Virus record (IMG/VR): IMGVR_UViG_2778261657_000002
Direction: 5' to 3' (one strand)
DNA: 16,393 nucleotides
Source: a virus
Lineage: Duplodnaviria; Heunggongvirae; Uroviricota; Caudoviricetes
Shown here in pieces: positions 15,533-16,393 of this stretch (position 1 is its first letter; the number at the start of each line of letters is the position of its first letter). The notes below the pieces were generated by a model. The model was not told the DNA's origin. It saw only the letters and a list, made by a program, of their open reading frames with translations, and made no database searches. The position numbers were made by a program, and so were the translations under genes.

Positions 15533-16393
15533 ATGGATAGCAAGTTGAATCTTGATGAGGCAGGTAGAATCGCTTGGCAGCATGCAGCACTTGTTTTGAG
15601 CAAGAAAATTGGTATCGGTTCTAAAAAATTTAATGAAGACCTGAAGGTTTTAATTAATCAATTTGGGAATATTGAAAACATTTATCAATATCACTTTGGC
15701 ATGGTTCCAATCGATCCTGATTTGATTCGCGTACTCGATAAAAAATTTTCCAACCTAAATTTTAAGTTTGAAGTATTACAATTTAATGATGAACTATATC
15801 CCAACGCATTGAGACAAATTTATGGGATTCCCCCAATCTATTATTATAGAGGCGATGTCAGTTTGTTGGGGATTGAGGATAGTATCTCTTTTGTTGGGAC
15901 GCGAAATCTTGATGAAAAAGCGTATATTGAACATGGTGTTGATGTTATAAAAAGATTATTTTCTGCGGGCTATAAGGTCATCGTAAGTGGATTGGCTAAA
16001 GGTTCGGATACCCTCGGACATAAAACAGCAATAGAATTAGGGGGGCGAACCATTGCTGTATTAGGAACACCTCTTGATGTATCTTATCCAGCGGAAAATA
16101 AAGTGTTGCAAAATCAAATAGCAACTGAGCATTTAGTAATTACTGAATATCCTATCGGGATTGGTAGTTTTGGAACATACTTCGCAAATAGAAACCTCAC
16201 TACCGTAAGTTTATCGCACAAAGGAATAGTAGTTGCACGTGCTGGTGATAAAAGCGGTACTCAATATGCGATCAAAACTTGTATTGAGCAAGGTAAGCCG
16301 GTTTACGTTTTGGAAAATAATATCTATGAGCCTGATTTTAAATGGGTAGAAAAATATAAAGATAAAATAAAAGTAATTAGAATGACAAAATAA
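15533..16393 (+). CDS. DprA/Smf-family (SLOG-fold) DNA-processing protein homologue
   Basis: 286 aa. The Rossmann-like core matches DprA signatures: PPIYYYRGDVSLL...ISFVGTRNL...VIVSGLAKGSDTLGHKTAIELGGRTIAVLGTPLDVSYPAENKVLQNQIA...LVITEYPIG...FANRNLTTVSLSHKGIVVARAGDKSGTQ (compare E. coli Smf VVSGLARGID..AH..AL..GG.TIAVLG.GLD.IYP..N..L). The gene is very AT-rich and stops at the last base of the window. Confidence 0.8.
   Translation: MDSKLNLDEAGRIAWQHAALVLSKKIGIGSKKFNEDLKVLINQFGNIENIYQYHFGMVPIDPDLIRVLDKKFSNLNFKFEVLQFNDELYPNALRQIYGIPPIYYYRGDVSLLGIEDSISFVGTRNLDEKAYIEHGVDVIKRLFSAGYKVIVSGLAKGSDTLGHKTAIELGGRTIAVLGTPLDVSYPAENKVLQNQIATEHLVITEYPIGIGSFGTYFANRNLTTVSLSHKGIVVARAGDKSGTQYAIKTCIEQGKPVYVLENNIYEPDFKWVEKYKDKIKVIRMTK

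Noticed and set aside
1-16393. CRISPR arrays, rRNA genes, IS elements or transposase genes
   Set aside because: No regularly spaced direct repeats of 24-40 bp, no rRNA-like conserved blocks, and no transposase-like ORF or terminal inverted repeats were seen on either strand.

Overview
The window is dominated by a 186-like (P2-family) temperate phage that appears to be a truncated, defective prophage, followed at the right end by an AT-rich island. Reading left to right: tyrosine integrase and CI repressor on the minus strand; a lysis/lysogeny switch region; Apl/Cox-like and CII-like genes; a small-ORF early operon; a tightly coupled block of DEDDh 3'-5' exonuclease, ASCH/PUA-like protein, Dam-type adenine methyltransferase and the rolling-circle replication initiator gpA; a near-consensus LexA box in front of a small Tum-like ORF; a minus-strand late operon of terminase large subunit, portal and an Ogr/Delta-type zinc finger; then scaffold gpO on the plus strand. 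The most unusual object is a 687-aa ORF (12484..14532) whose N-terminal part looks like major capsid protein gpN and whose C-terminal part looks like a gpV-type baseplate spike, implying an in-frame deletion of the small terminase, lysis and tail-completion genes. No tail genes follow; the phage signal stops at about 14532. Downstream are a small signal-peptide protein, an intrinsic terminator, an AT-rich intergenic region with repeats, and a low-GC gene for a DprA/Smf-family protein that ends exactly at the window edge. No rRNA, tRNA or CRISPR array was found. All family assignments rest on motifs, gene order and my recollection of P2/186 proteins; no database search was run.
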